From an uncultured Pseudomonadales bacterium (GTDB lineage Bacteria > Patescibacteriota > Microgenomatia > UBA1400 > PJMF01): 64,000 bases of DNA. This document shows, one piece after another, positions 10,641-20,598 of this stretch. Where the stretch lies: positions 111,690 to 175,689 of the forward strand of contig CAYWDM010000001.1 of the NCBI GenBank assembly GCA_964457085.1. Direction: 5' to 3'. The stretch's first letter is position 1. Every line of letters begins with the position of its first letter. Under the pieces are notes generated by a model that had not been told where the DNA came from, did not search any database, and saw only the letters and a list, made by a program, of their open reading frames with translations. Position numbers and translations under genes: made by a program.

Positions 10641-10820
10641 TGTTGATCCGCCTGGCAGGCGGGGAGCTATAACAAGTTCAGATAAAGCGGATAGGCAGAA
10701 TTGCGTTTCAGCCTATCAAAGGGGGTGGAACCGCGATTCCGCTCAGGATCTTAAAATCCTGACTAGAACCGTCCCTCTACAGTATTTTTTAATTAAATTG
10801 CTGTGGAGCGACGGTTTTTT
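10641..10820 (+). promoter_or_regulatory. T-box riboswitch (Gly) upstream of glyS, with terminator
   Basis: Mini Stem I CCGCC-UGGCA-GGCGG with GGC at 10654-10656; T-box GGGG-UGGAACC-GCG (bulge 10726-10732) pairing with CGUCCCU; terminator hairpin ending in a U run near 10820. Confidence 0.85.
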
Positions 10821-10846
10821 ATTACCCACCACAGCCGAAAGGTTTC

Positions 10847-12265
10847 ATGACTGACCAAATCCAGTCACCTCAACCACTTACACTCGACACCATCGTGGCA
10901 CTAGCCAAACGTCGAGGTTTTGTATTTCCCACCTCTGCAATTTATGGCGGTCTTGCCAACTCATATGACTATGGTCCACTCGGAGTCCAACTACTAAAAA
11001 ACATTAAAGATGCCTGGTGGCAGAGTTTTATCACTTCTAGACCTGACATGGTTGGACTTGACAGTCAGATAATGCTCCATCCTCGTACCTGGGAAGCTTC
11101 TGGTCACGTAGCTTCGTTTAGTGATCCTTTAGTTGAAGATCTCAAAACCAACAAGCGCTATCGAGCTGATCATTTGATCAAAGCCTGGCTGGCAACACAA
11201 ACTGATGAGACTCTTCGTGCCACCTCAGTTGAAGACATGAAAATAGAGGACATGGCGAAGTTTATCCTCGATCATCAAATTAAAAGTCCTGAAGGTAATC
11301 AAATCTCAGCACCTCGCTCTTTTAATCTCTTATTTGAGACTGCAATTGGTGCTGTCGCTGGTGAAAAATCCAAGGTCTATCTACGTGGTGAAACCGCACA
11401 GGGAATTTTTAGTAACTTTAAACAAGTACTGGACACCACTCGTACCAAACTACCATTTGGAGTTGGACAAATCGGAAAAAGTTTTCGCAATGAAATTACC
11501 ACTGGTCAGTTCATCTTCAGAACCTTTGAATTTGAGCAAGCAGAAATTGAGTACTTCTTCAACCCAGCACTGAGTGATTGGCAACAAATCATGAGCGACT
11601 GGAAAGACTCAATGTGGAGTTTTGTCACACAGAAACTGGGCATCCAGCAGGAACATCTGCGATGGCGCCAACACACCGATAAAGAACGCAGTCACTATAG
11701 TAAAGACACCTACGACCTGGATTATGAATATCCATTTGGGTGGAGTGAGCTTTGGGGAGTGGCTTACCGTACTGATTATGACCTCAAGCAGCATATGCAA
11801 TTTAGTGGTGAATCTCTTGAGTACATCGATCCATCCACTGGTGAGCGATTTGTACCACATGTGATTGAACCCGCAGTTGGTGTTAACCGCCTATTACTCA
11901 TGGTGCTCTGTGATGCATATTCTTTTGACAGTGAAAAACAGCGAACTGTACTTAAATTCGCACCAAGCATCGCTCCATACAAAGCAGCGATCTTTCCACT
12001 GGTCAAAAACAAACCAGAATTAGTCGGTTTAGCCCAAACTATTTTTGCAAGTCTATCCAAAAAGACTGCTGTTGCTTGGGATGACCGAGGTAATATCGGT
12101 AAACGATATTTAGCTCAAGATGAGATTGGTACTCCAATTTGTATCACCGTTGACTATCAATCACTTGAGGATCAAACGGTTACCATTCGACATCGTGACA
12201 GTGCTCTACAAGAACGACTACCAATAGAAAAACTTGAGGCATACATCGTAGCTATGATAAGCTGA
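10847..12265 (+). CDS. glyQS: Glycine--tRNA ligase, homodimeric (alpha2) type
   Basis: KRRGF, YDYGPLG, YLRGETAQGIF, GKSFRNEIT, FRTFEFEQAEIEYF, QDEIGTP. Confidence 0.95.
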   Translation: MTDQIQSPQPLTLDTIVALAKRRGFVFPTSAIYGGLANSYDYGPLGVQLLKNIKDAWWQSFITSRPDMVGLDSQIMLHPRTWEASGHVASFSDPLVEDLKTNKRYRADHLIKAWLATQTDETLRATSVEDMKIEDMAKFILDHQIKSPEGNQISAPRSFNLLFETAIGAVAGEKSKVYLRGETAQGIFSNFKQVLDTTRTKLPFGVGQIGKSFRNEITTGQFIFRTFEFEQAEIEYFFNPALSDWQQIMSDWKDSMWSFVTQKLGIQQEHLRWRQHTDKERSHYSKDTYDLDYEYPFGWSELWGVAYRTDYDLKQHMQFSGESLEYIDPSTGERFVPHVIEPAVGVNRLLLMVLCDAYSFDSEKQRTVLKFAPSIAPYKAAIFPLVKNKPELVGLAQTIFASLSKKTAVAWDDRGNIGKRYLAQDEIGTPICITVDYQSLEDQTVTIRHRDSALQERLPIEKLEAYIVAMIS

Positions 12266-12273
12266 AAGGAATA

Positions 12274-13083
12274 ATGAAAAAAAATCTCCCACTCATTGTA
12301 GGTGCTGCACTAGTTTTGGCGTTAGTTGGCGGTGCTGTTGTCATGAAACTCAATAATAAGCCACAGCAAACAGTTGAAACCGAACCAGAAAAAAAGAAAA
12401 AGGTGAGCGAACCAATTAATGCTATTGCAGTTAGTGATCGACCATATCTAACTGTCGAACCACTTGCAGATGGTAGAAATATTCTGATCAAGGTATTCAG
12501 TCTCAAAAAACCTGCTACTGAAGCAGAATATGAGCTCGAATATCAAGCAGGTTCATTGTTGCAGGGTGCATTTGGCAATATAAAAATCCCTAGCGTTCCA
12601 GCTGAGACCAAAATTTTACTAGGCAGCTGTTCAGCTGGTGGTGCCTGCACTTACCATGAGGATGTTAGAGGTGGCACTATCATTACTCGATTTAAAGGTG
12701 ACGAAAACTACGCACTTAAAAACGAGTGGAAATATATTGACAACAAAACCAAGGACAATGAATTTAGTTCTAAGGATGCCAAGTTCCAGATAGCGGCAGA
12801 CTCACTCAAAAAAGTACGCTTCATAACTATTACCAACAGTCCGGGATACCCAGAGGAGCCCACTGGAGTAGTCGTATCTGAGGTCTATGCGCTATCCACT
12901 GGTAGTGAGCTAACTGGCACGGCCAAAGTCTCGATCCGAGCCAAAGAAACTGGAGATCTAACCGTCATGGGTTGGGATGGCAAAACATGGACGGCACTGA
13001 CCACCACACTTGCCACTGATGATAATAAGATGGCACAGGCCGATGGCAAACTAATGCAACTCTACCTGGTTGTAAAAAAATAG
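12274..13083 (+). CDS. Hypothetical membrane-anchored exported protein
   Basis: N-terminal hydrophobic anchor, 269-aa ORF, Cys pair (CSAGGAC). Confidence 0.75.
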   Translation: MKKNLPLIVGAALVLALVGGAVVMKLNNKPQQTVETEPEKKKKVSEPINAIAVSDRPYLTVEPLADGRNILIKVFSLKKPATEAEYELEYQAGSLLQGAFGNIKIPSVPAETKILLGSCSAGGACTYHEDVRGGTIITRFKGDENYALKNEWKYIDNKTKDNEFSSKDAKFQIAADSLKKVRFITITNSPGYPEEPTGVVVSEVYALSTGSELTGTAKVSIRAKETGDLTVMGWDGKTWTALTTTLATDDNKMAQADGKLMQLYLVVKK

Positions 13084-13106
13084 CCTCATAACTTTGTTAC
13101 AGGATT

Positions 13107-13136
13107 AGCGCTTGGCCAAAAACCAGGCGCTTTTTT
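13107..13136 (+). terminator. Intrinsic terminator
   Basis: AGCGCTTGG-loop-CCAGGCGCT followed by a T run. Confidence 0.8.
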
Positions 13137-13283
13137 GTGGTGTCTGCCAGTTTTCTACAAACTGACTATTTTCCATTTTCTTGACCAACAAACCCGAAAC
13201 AAGCTGACTATTGCATCAGTGTTTGTGGAGTGTTAATTTAATTATGGTAAAAAATGGTAAAAAATCCTATATAATTTCAGCAA

Positions 13284-13706
13284 ATGTTCATAGGCAAGTA
13301 CTATCATCGGCTGGAAAGCAATCAAAGGATTTCATTACCAAAAAAGTTTCGTGACCAAAGCGAAAGTTGGGTGGTAACTAGAGGTTTGGACGGATGTTTA
13401 TTTCTGTTTAAACCTGAAACCTTCCAAAGCGAAATCGCTGAGATCGCAAACCGCTCTTTGACAAAAAAAACTAATCGAGACTTAGTTCGGTTAATGACCA
13501 ATGAGGCACAAGAAGTTATTTCTGATGACAATGGTCGAGTACATCTGCCCGAGTACTTGATTGAGTTTGCCAAACTTCAAAAAGATGTCGTCGTGGTTGG
13601 CAGCTTAAACAGAGTGGAACTCTGGGATCAAAGTGCCTATCACGAATATGTCGCTAAACTGGAACTCTCAGCCGAGACCATCGCAGAAAGTATTGATGCA
13701 AACTGA
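13284..13706 (+). CDS. mraZ: Transcriptional regulator MraZ
   Basis: MFIGKY, RISLPKKFR, VTRGLDGCL, DDNGRV.LP, VELWD. Confidence 0.95.
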   Translation: MFIGKYYHRLESNQRISLPKKFRDQSESWVVTRGLDGCLFLFKPETFQSEIAEIANRSLTKKTNRDLVRLMTNEAQEVISDDNGRVHLPEYLIEFAKLQKDVVVVGSLNRVELWDQSAYHEYVAKLELSAETIAESIDAN

Positions 13707-14601
13707 CCAACACCAAGCCGTTTTATTACACGAGGCAGTTGAATTACTCAACGTCAGGACTGGTGACTGGTATGTTGATGGGACTTTTGGTCGAGGTGGT
13801 CACACTGAAGCAATTCTTAAGTTGGGAGGCAATGTCATCGCTTTTGATTATGACGAACAAGCAATTCTTGCCGGACAAACTAGATTTGCGACCGAAATTG
13901 CAAACTCAAGACTGATCCTGGTTCGAGAAAATTTCGCCGCTCTCAAGACTATCCTGCCAACTCTCCCTGAGTATGCTGCAAAAATTTCTGGAGCCTTGTT
14001 TGACTTTGGAACCAGTATCGAGCAATTACGCTATGACCAACGAGGTCTGAGCTTTCTCAATGCTGCTGCACCGCTCGACATGAGACTAGACGCAAGGTTG
14101 GGTGTCACTGCTGCGGACTTGATCATGGTCTTACCAGAAAAACAGCTTGCCGATTTATTCTTCGAGGCTGGTGGAGAACTACGCGCTAAAGCCATTGCTA
14201 GAGCAATCGCCAAAGCAAAGAAAAAAGGCGTGGTTTACGCCACCACCGGTGATTTACTCAAAACCATCGGTTCAATCTCAGCTCACCGCCAAGGTCATTT
14301 GCACCCCGCAACTAAAGTCTTCCAAGCACTTCGTATCGCTGTAAACAATGAGCTCAGCAATATTAGTGATGGAATGCCGGTAGTATTTGAAGTGTTACAG
14401 CCAGCATCTCGATTAGTAACGATCGCTTTCCATGAGGGAGAGGATCGAATTGTCAAACAACTCTTTAAGAATTGGGAACAACTCAATTTGGGGACTAGCA
14501 TCACCAAAAAACCAATTGTTCCAAGTCCTGAAGAAATTAACAGTAATAGTAGAAGTCGCAGCGCTAAGCTTCGAGCCATAGAAAAAAATCATGCAAACTA
14601 A
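13696..14601 (+). CDS. rsmH: 16S rRNA m4C1402 methyltransferase RsmH
   Basis: VDGTFGRGGHT, PLDMR, HPATKVFQALRIAVNNEL, RSRSAKLR; start moved to ATG 13696. Confidence 0.95.
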   Translation: MQTDQHQAVLLHEAVELLNVRTGDWYVDGTFGRGGHTEAILKLGGNVIAFDYDEQAILAGQTRFATEIANSRLILVRENFAALKTILPTLPEYAAKISGALFDFGTSIEQLRYDQRGLSFLNAAAPLDMRLDARLGVTAADLIMVLPEKQLADLFFEAGGELRAKAIARAIAKAKKKGVVYATTGDLLKTIGSISAHRQGHLHPATKVFQALRIAVNNELSNISDGMPVVFEVLQPASRLVTIAFHEGEDRIVKQLFKNWEQLNLGTSITKKPIVPSPEEINSNSRSRSAKLRAIEKNHAN

Positions 14602-14887
14602 TCGCACCAATACCTTATATGCCACATGGTATTCAATCGGTGTCTTACTCCTGATTTTTCAAGCAGTTTCAACTGTCTATCAACTGAGTACTACCATCAG
14701 TGATGGCCAAAAAATTGCAAAACTCCAACGCGATCATCAAGAATTAACCAACCAAAAAACAACGTCCGAACAGCTTGCAACTTCATTAGTGGCAATTTCC
14801 CAGATCAAAGAACAGTTGCCTGCCGGTTTTGGTGCAGTCACCAAGCCACTGATTGTACGCACCAGTGACAGTGTTGCTTCAAGGTAA
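14591..14887 (+). CDS. ftsL: FtsL-like cell division protein
   Basis: Single TM plus coiled coil between rsmH and ftsI; assignment by position. Confidence 0.55.
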   Translation: MQTNRTNTLYATWYSIGVLLLIFQAVSTVYQLSTTISDGQKIAKLQRDHQELTNQKTTSEQLATSLVAISQIKEQLPAGFGAVTKPLIVRTSDSVASR

Positions 14888-14899
14888 TAGACTATCCAC

Positions 14900-16681
14900 A
14901 TGGCACATTTGCCAATCACAGCCCATCAAGATCAACACTCTCATTCAACTAGAGGCAAGGTTTTTTTGTCATTGGTCTTTGTATCGCTTTTTTTCGTAAT
15001 TATCAGACTCGGATTTTGGCAAATAGTGAAAGGCAAGGAACTTCGAAGTGTGGCTGAACGGCAGTCACAGCGACAACTGAAAACTGCAGGGGACAGAGGA
15101 AAAATCTATACCAGCGACAACCACCTGTTGGTCTCAAATCAAGATTACTTTCGGGTGATGCTCAGCAAAGAGTTGCAAAAAGATCCAGCCGTCAGCATTG
15201 TTGATCGACTTGCCCCATTACTAATCGAAGCTGATCCTGAATATCTCCAAGCCTCCTCTGCGGCACAGCGAGAAGAGTTTACTTTGGCATTTACTGAAAA
15301 ACTCACCAAACAATTAAATCGTGACAGCAAATGGATTCAACTTAAAGCAAAAGTCCCAGCTGTCACAAAAGCTAAAATAGAGCTAATCAATCTGAGTGGA
15401 GTAACATTTGAATCATTTAGAGGCAGATATTACCCCGAAGCTTCGATGGCAGCTCATTTATTGGGGTTTGTGGGTAAAAATGATATTGGCGAAGACGTAG
15501 GATACTTTGGACTTGAGGGAGCACTAAACGAAGAACTGACAGGAAAAGTCGATAAACGTTTGGTCTTTACCGATGCCCTCGGACGTGCCTTACCTGGACA
15601 AGACTCAAGTGGCAACCGGGTGATTGATGGACGCGATATCGTATTAACTATTCGGCGAGATCTGCAAAACTTGGCAGAGAGCGAATTGTCTCGAGGCATC
15701 AGAAAATATGGTGCCCGCTCAGGTGAAATCATCATGATGGATCCAAATACAGGCAAGATATTAGCCCTCGCTACCTGGCCAAAGTACGATCCATATAGCT
15801 ACTTTATCTCACCAACCAGTTTGTATAAAAACCCCAGTGTGATTGATACATATGAGCCCGGCTCTACTTTTAAGACAATTACCGTTGCGGCAGCCCTGGA
15901 TGCTGGTGTAATCAACCCAGAAACTCAATGTCCTGTTTGTGCAGTTCCTCGTGAAATAGCAGGCCATGTAATTAAAACTTGGAACAATGAATATCACCCA
16001 AATATCACGATCACTGATGCCTTAGCCAAGTCAGACAATGTGGCCATGATTTATGTGTCTGATTTGCTTGGTCGTGACCGATTTGTCGAATACATCAAAA
16101 AATTCGGCATTAGTGAACCACTAAAAATTGACTTACAAGATGACACTAAAACACCTTTCCCCAGCAAGTGGGGACCGGTTGAGATTGCTACAGCATCTTT
16201 TGGTCAAGGAATCAGTACTACTAGCATGCAATTAATGCGTGCCGTGGGTGTAATCGCAAATGGAGGCAAATTAATGCGGCCTACAATCATCGAAAAGGTG
16301 ATTGATCACCAACTTAACAAAACAATCACTATCGAACCCATTGTGGAAAGGCAAGTAATTAGCCCAGCTGCAGCAGCCAGTGCCGCCAAAATGATGATTT
16401 ACTCAGCACACCACGGCGAAGCACAGTGGACAGTTTCCAAGCACTATACTGTGGCTGCAAAAACAGGTACCTCACAAGTCGTAACCGATGGAAAATATGA
16501 CGAAAATAAAACGATTGCCAGTTTTATCGGCTTCGCTCCACCAGAAAATCCAAAAGTACTAATGTTGGTCAAGTTCAATGAACCCAGCTCAAGCATTTGG
16601 GCAGCCGAAACTGCTGCACCAACTTGGTATGCTGTGGCTGAGAAAGCGTTCTTGCTGCTCAATATTCCTGCAGATCAATAG
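14900..16681 (+). CDS. ftsI: Class B penicillin-binding protein FtsI
   Basis: RGKIY, RYYP, YEPGSTFK (SxxK), SDN, KTGT. Confidence 0.92.
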   Translation: MAHLPITAHQDQHSHSTRGKVFLSLVFVSLFFVIIRLGFWQIVKGKELRSVAERQSQRQLKTAGDRGKIYTSDNHLLVSNQDYFRVMLSKELQKDPAVSIVDRLAPLLIEADPEYLQASSAAQREEFTLAFTEKLTKQLNRDSKWIQLKAKVPAVTKAKIELINLSGVTFESFRGRYYPEASMAAHLLGFVGKNDIGEDVGYFGLEGALNEELTGKVDKRLVFTDALGRALPGQDSSGNRVIDGRDIVLTIRRDLQNLAESELSRGIRKYGARSGEIIMMDPNTGKILALATWPKYDPYSYFISPTSLYKNPSVIDTYEPGSTFKTITVAAALDAGVINPETQCPVCAVPREIAGHVIKTWNNEYHPNITITDALAKSDNVAMIYVSDLLGRDRFVEYIKKFGISEPLKIDLQDDTKTPFPSKWGPVEIATASFGQGISTTSMQLMRAVGVIANGGKLMRPTIIEKVIDHQLNKTITIEPIVERQVISPAAAASAAKMMIYSAHHGEAQWTVSKHYTVAAKTGTSQVVTDGKYDENKTIASFIGFAPPENPKVLMLVKFNEPSSSIWAAETAAPTWYAVAEKAFLLLNIPADQ

Positions 16682-16711
16682 TTCACCTCGGAAAAAATAC
16701 TCCTGAAAATT

Positions 16712-17542
16712 TTAGTCAATTTTTTGGTCTGCTAGTTGCAGAATTTTTTCCAAATCTTGCTGTGTTTCTTCTGGACTCCCTTTGAGTGTAATCGAAACTC
16801 TGGTTTGATTGCGTGAGCGAATTAATTTTAAGGCAGTTGGAGTGGTAAAGTACTCCTTGAACTTGGTTTCCCATTTCTTGACCTCCTCATCAGGTTGTGA
16901 AATTGGACGACCATGTCCAGCAGATTCACCCTTATTGGCAGAATCTTTAAATCTTCTGGCCAGTTCTTCTGCCCGGCGAACCGAAGCATTTTCCTTGAGA
17001 ATAATCTTGTAACACTCAATCATGTCCTGCTCGTCTTCGATGCCAAAAATTGCCCGAGCATGACCCTCAGTAATCTGTTGGCCTAACAAGCCATCACTAA
17101 TAGCGTCAGGTAAATCAAGTAATTTGATAGTGTTGCTAATGTATCCTGCAGATTTGCCGATTCTCTGTGCCACAGTACTTGCTGGCAGACCAAATTCTCG
17201 AATCAATCTTTGGAAAGCCTGTGCTCGTTCGATTGGATTGAGATCGGTGCGTTGCAGATTCTCTACAATCGCCATCTCCAGCATCCCTTTTGGAGTGGTT
17301 TTTTTGATGTGTACCGGCACGTCAGTTAGACCTGCAATTTTTGCGGCTCTCCAGCGTCGCTCACCTGCGATAATTTGATAGCCAGCTGGGGTTTCGGCAA
17401 CTACTAATGGCTCCAAAATCCCATACAATTTTATTGATTCAACTAACTCAGCAATTTCTTCTTTTTTAACTTTCTCTCTGGGTTGAAATGGGTTTGGCTG
17501 CAGGTTATTGATTGGTAGGGTTTGAATAGCTTGATTAGTCAT
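16712..17542 (-). CDS. parB: Chromosome partitioning protein ParB/Spo0J
   Basis: PNPFQPR, YQIIAGERRWRA, ENLQRTDLNPIE, HTH, EGHARA. Confidence 0.95.
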   Translation of the reverse strand: MTNQAIQTLPINNLQPNPFQPREKVKKEEIAELVESIKLYGILEPLVVAETPAGYQIIAGERRWRAAKIAGLTDVPVHIKKTTPKGMLEMAIVENLQRTDLNPIERAQAFQRLIREFGLPASTVAQRIGKSAGYISNTIKLLDLPDAISDGLLGQQITEGHARAIFGIEDEQDMIECYKIILKENASVRRAEELARRFKDSANKGESAGHGRPISQPDEEVKKWETKFKEYFTTPTALKLIRSRNQTRVSITLKGSPEETQQDLEKILQLADQKID

Positions 17543-17617
17543 ATGCTTGATATACCATAATCATCACCTTTTTCACAAGGGGATTTTCACAAGCGAATTA
17601 AAAAGTAGCCTAGTAGC

Positions 17618-17653
17618 AACAAAAAAGCTGCGTTTTGCGCAGCTTTTTACAAA
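17618..17653. repeat. 36-bp terminator hairpin, copy 1 of an exact direct repeat
   Basis: AACAAAAAAGCTGCGTTTTGCGCAGCTTTTTACAAA, identical to 18728-18763. Confidence 0.9.
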
Positions 17654-17668
17654 AAATAATCAAAAAAA

Positions 17669-18646
17669 CTATTTGACTACATTCATAATACTAAGCCAGT
17701 CATGGGCTTGCATCATTGACTGTTTTTTAACCCAATCTGGTAGATCTTTAACTACGTCCTGGAGACTAATGGCATCACCTTCAAGAACAGCAGTAACATA
17801 ATGATTTTTACCTACAGTGACATCAACAAATGAACCGTTGCCATCGGTATAATAGTTGAATTTTACATCGCCTTTTTTTGACTCTTCGACTCCAGCTAGT
17901 ACCTGTTTAACCTCGTCCTGCCACTCACGCACGACAGTTTCTCGACGATCCTGCTCATCAGGCGCGTCTGTTCTGTGCTGGATATATAAGTCACCCAAAT
18001 CTGAAATCTTAAAGAATCCATCGCCATCTTTGATTCCTAATTCATCTAGCGCCTTGAACGCGGGTAGAATTTTTTTCTTATGCTCTGCTGACTTCTTGTA
18101 ATTAACATTCATTAAATGAAGAGTTCCATTGGCGTCGAGAAAACCAAGCTGCTGATTCATACCTAGAAAAAAAGTATCGCCACTAAACGACATCGTTCTC
18201 GTTGGCTTAAGTGCTTGCAATGCCAAAATAAAATCCTTTGCATCAGCATACTCTACATATTCACGTCCTTCTTTTTCGCCTAATTCAGACTTCTTCAAAG
18301 TTGGAACCACTTCCTCAATGAATTTTCTAGCTTGAGAATTCACACCAGAATTTTCTGCATAAAATGTTGAGAATCCATCTGGTTCAGGTTTATCAACCTG
18401 ATCTTGCACAATCTCCTTGAGTGATGAAACAAACGCAACTTCATCCAGCTCAGGTGTATCAAGCAGTTTATTGATCTGGGCGATGGTAGCATCTCCGGAT
18501 TCATTATTTGCTCTAGAAGCTGCTCTTACTATATTTACGACTTCTGTTGAAATTGCTGGACCAAATCTTCCCTCAACTTTCTGAACCAAATCATTTAGTC
18601 GAGTTGCGTATGTCTCAAAAGGGATTGTTTTGTGAAATTCAGTCAT
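17669..18646 (-). CDS. Hypothetical protein
   Basis: 325-aa ORF with no recognised motif. Confidence 0.75.
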   Translation of the reverse strand: MTEFHKTIPFETYATRLNDLVQKVEGRFGPAISTEVVNIVRAASRANNESGDATIAQINKLLDTPELDEVAFVSSLKEIVQDQVDKPEPDGFSTFYAENSGVNSQARKFIEEVVPTLKKSELGEKEGREYVEYADAKDFILALQALKPTRTMSFSGDTFFLGMNQQLGFLDANGTLHLMNVNYKKSAEHKKKILPAFKALDELGIKDGDGFFKISDLGDLYIQHRTDAPDEQDRRETVVREWQDEVKQVLAGVEESKKGDVKFNYYTDGNGSFVDVTVGKNHYVTAVLEGDAISLQDVVKDLPDWVKKQSMMQAHDWLSIMNVVK

Positions 18647-18727
18647 TATTCTTTCGTAAAATAGATATCAAAGTTCAGTATCTCACGATATATAACAGAA
18701 CGTCAATCCACTGTGAAGCTTGATTAA

Positions 18728-18763
18728 AACAAAAAAGCTGCGTTTTGCGCAGCTTTTTACAAA
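18728..18763. terminator. Bidirectional terminator downstream of rpmA, copy 2 of the 36-bp repeat
   Basis: A-tract, GCTGCG/CGCAGC hairpin, T-tract. Confidence 0.85.
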
Positions 18764-18777
18764 TTCAATAAAAAAGA

Positions 18778-19035
18778 TTATTGATTAACGACGTTAACCA
18801 CAACCTTACCAAGTCGGCGACTGAAGGAAACGACGCCTTCAACCAGTGCGTGCAAAGTATAATCCTTGCCCATACCTACATTTTTGCCTGGCTTGTAGTT
18901 GGCACCTTTTTGACGAATCAAAATATTGCCAGCAATCACAGTTTCACCACCAGCTTTTTTCAAGCCTAAGTGACGACCTCTGCGTTTACCTTGTGCGTGT
19001 TGAATAACGCTACCAGAACCTTTGACGTGTGCCAT
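18778..19035 (-). CDS. rpmA: 50S ribosomal protein L27
   Basis: [36 protein letters not shown]. Confidence 0.96.
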   Translation of the reverse strand: MAHVKGSGSVIQHAQGKRRGRHLGLKKAGGETVIAGNILIRQKGANYKPGKNVGMGKDYTLHALVEGVVSFSRRLGKVVVNVVNQ

Positions 19036-19047
19036 ATATATTTCTCC

Positions 19048-20211
19048 TTATTTGGATTGTTTCCAAGTGAAAACGATGATTTGACGCTGCACCACTGCTT
19101 TTGGCCTGGCGTATAGCACCGGATCGACCGTAAGAGTATAGCCGAAGGGCTTAAGCTTGTCAAACAAGTTTTCGAGACTAAAAGTACGTTTTCCACTCTG
19201 GACATACGGGAAAACAACCACCACTCGTGCATCATTTTTCAACCATCTGCACCAGTGCTTAAATGAACCGAGATAGAGCTTTTCTAAACCTTTAAAGATA
19301 TTAGCCAAATCATCCAATTTTGGAGTTGGCTTACCAAGGAAAGGTTCAGTGACTAAATAATCAATTGAGTGGTCGGGGAATGGCAATTGCAGATTTGTGG
19401 CATCAGCTGCTTGGACAAACAGTTTCACTTTTGATTGATACTCGGCAGCGAACCAATTGATGTTGCTCAACGTACCTCTGACAGCAGTTTTATCAAGATC
19501 AGAACCGTGAGCTGCTAAACCAATCATGGCTGACTCGAGTAAAATAGTACCTGAGCCACAGAATGGATCTAATAGTTGCTGTTTGGAAAGTGTTTCAGCT
19601 GGTGTGTTGGCTGCAGCGATGTTGACCATAATTCGAGCCAACTTTGGGGGCAACATACCTTTTTTGCGATCAGCGTATGGTTTGTATCGATCACGAACTG
19701 TCCAGTCATCAATGTCTTGAACTGATAAGGTACGAGCTACAAAAACAGTACCTGCCTCATACACGAGGCACCAATCCTGCACTTTTGTTTGATGTAGTAA
19801 GACTGCTGCTGGCAAACCAGTACCTGGTTGCTTAAGATAACGACTCTTAATTCCCAGTTCGCGCAGTGCTACTTTAATTTCTTGAAGTGAAAATTGTTCA
19901 AAACCAGATTGACCAAACTCTGCAAATCCAAAATCAATACCGTTGGCTGCTGCATGTGGAGCCATGACATCAGCTAATTGGCGAAGCAACGATTGCTCGT
20001 CGTCAGGTAATGGGAAACTAGTTAGTACACCATACAGTTTTACGATACTACCAGAACGCTTGAAAATTGCTTGTGCCTCGAGGTCTGACTCTAATTCAAA
20101 TGCCAATAACTTATCACCACCCACAAACTCTGGCTTTTGACCAACAACCATTTCCAACTCAAGCTTTGATAAAGCTGGAGTCGCACCAACCAAAAAATAA
20201 TATCTGGACAT
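19048..20211 (-). CDS. Trm11/UPF0020-like SAM-dependent RNA methyltransferase
   Basis: GMLPPKLARIMVN, LDPFCGSGTILLE, GSDLD, VTEPFLG. Confidence 0.8.
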   Translation of the reverse strand: MSRYYFLVGATPALSKLELEMVVGQKPEFVGGDKLLAFELESDLEAQAIFKRSGSIVKLYGVLTSFPLPDDEQSLLRQLADVMAPHAAANGIDFGFAEFGQSGFEQFSLQEIKVALRELGIKSRYLKQPGTGLPAAVLLHQTKVQDWCLVYEAGTVFVARTLSVQDIDDWTVRDRYKPYADRKKGMLPPKLARIMVNIAAANTPAETLSKQQLLDPFCGSGTILLESAMIGLAAHGSDLDKTAVRGTLSNINWFAAEYQSKVKLFVQAADATNLQLPFPDHSIDYLVTEPFLGKPTPKLDDLANIFKGLEKLYLGSFKHWCRWLKNDARVVVVFPYVQSGKRTFSLENLFDKLKPFGYTLTVDPVLYARPKAVVQRQIIVFTWKQSK

Positions 20212-20531
20212 TAGGCTGTGATTTTGTCGATAGTCACCACAGTTTGCTGTTGGCGATGACCCATCGTACGGCGATATCTCGACTTAGATTTGTATTTAAA
20301 AACGCGAATTTTATCTGCCTGTTTGCGAACTCCGACACTCACAGCGACAACCGCACCATCAACAAGTGGCATACCGATGCTGTGCTTCTCACCATCAACA
20401 ACTAATAAAACATCAGTTATCTTGAGTGAATCACCCTCAGCTGAAGAATGTAGTTGGTCAACAACAAATTGATCTTGTTCTTGAACTTTGTACTGCTTGC
20501 CTTGTAATTGAATTACTGCGTATTTTGACAT
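20211..20531 (-). CDS. rplU: 50S ribosomal protein L21
   Basis: YAVIQLQGKQYKV, KIRVFKYK.K..YRR..GHRQ; start at ATG 20531. Confidence 0.96.
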   Translation of the reverse strand: MSKYAVIQLQGKQYKVQEQDQFVVDQLHSSAEGDSLKITDVLLVVDGEKHSIGMPLVDGAVVAVSVGVRKQADKIRVFKYKSKSRYRRTMGHRQQQTVVTIDKITA

Positions 20532-20598
20532 GGGATGGATTATATCATTTCGAGGACATTTTGAAAGTCGCAGTCGGTTACAAACAATATGTGCGGAT

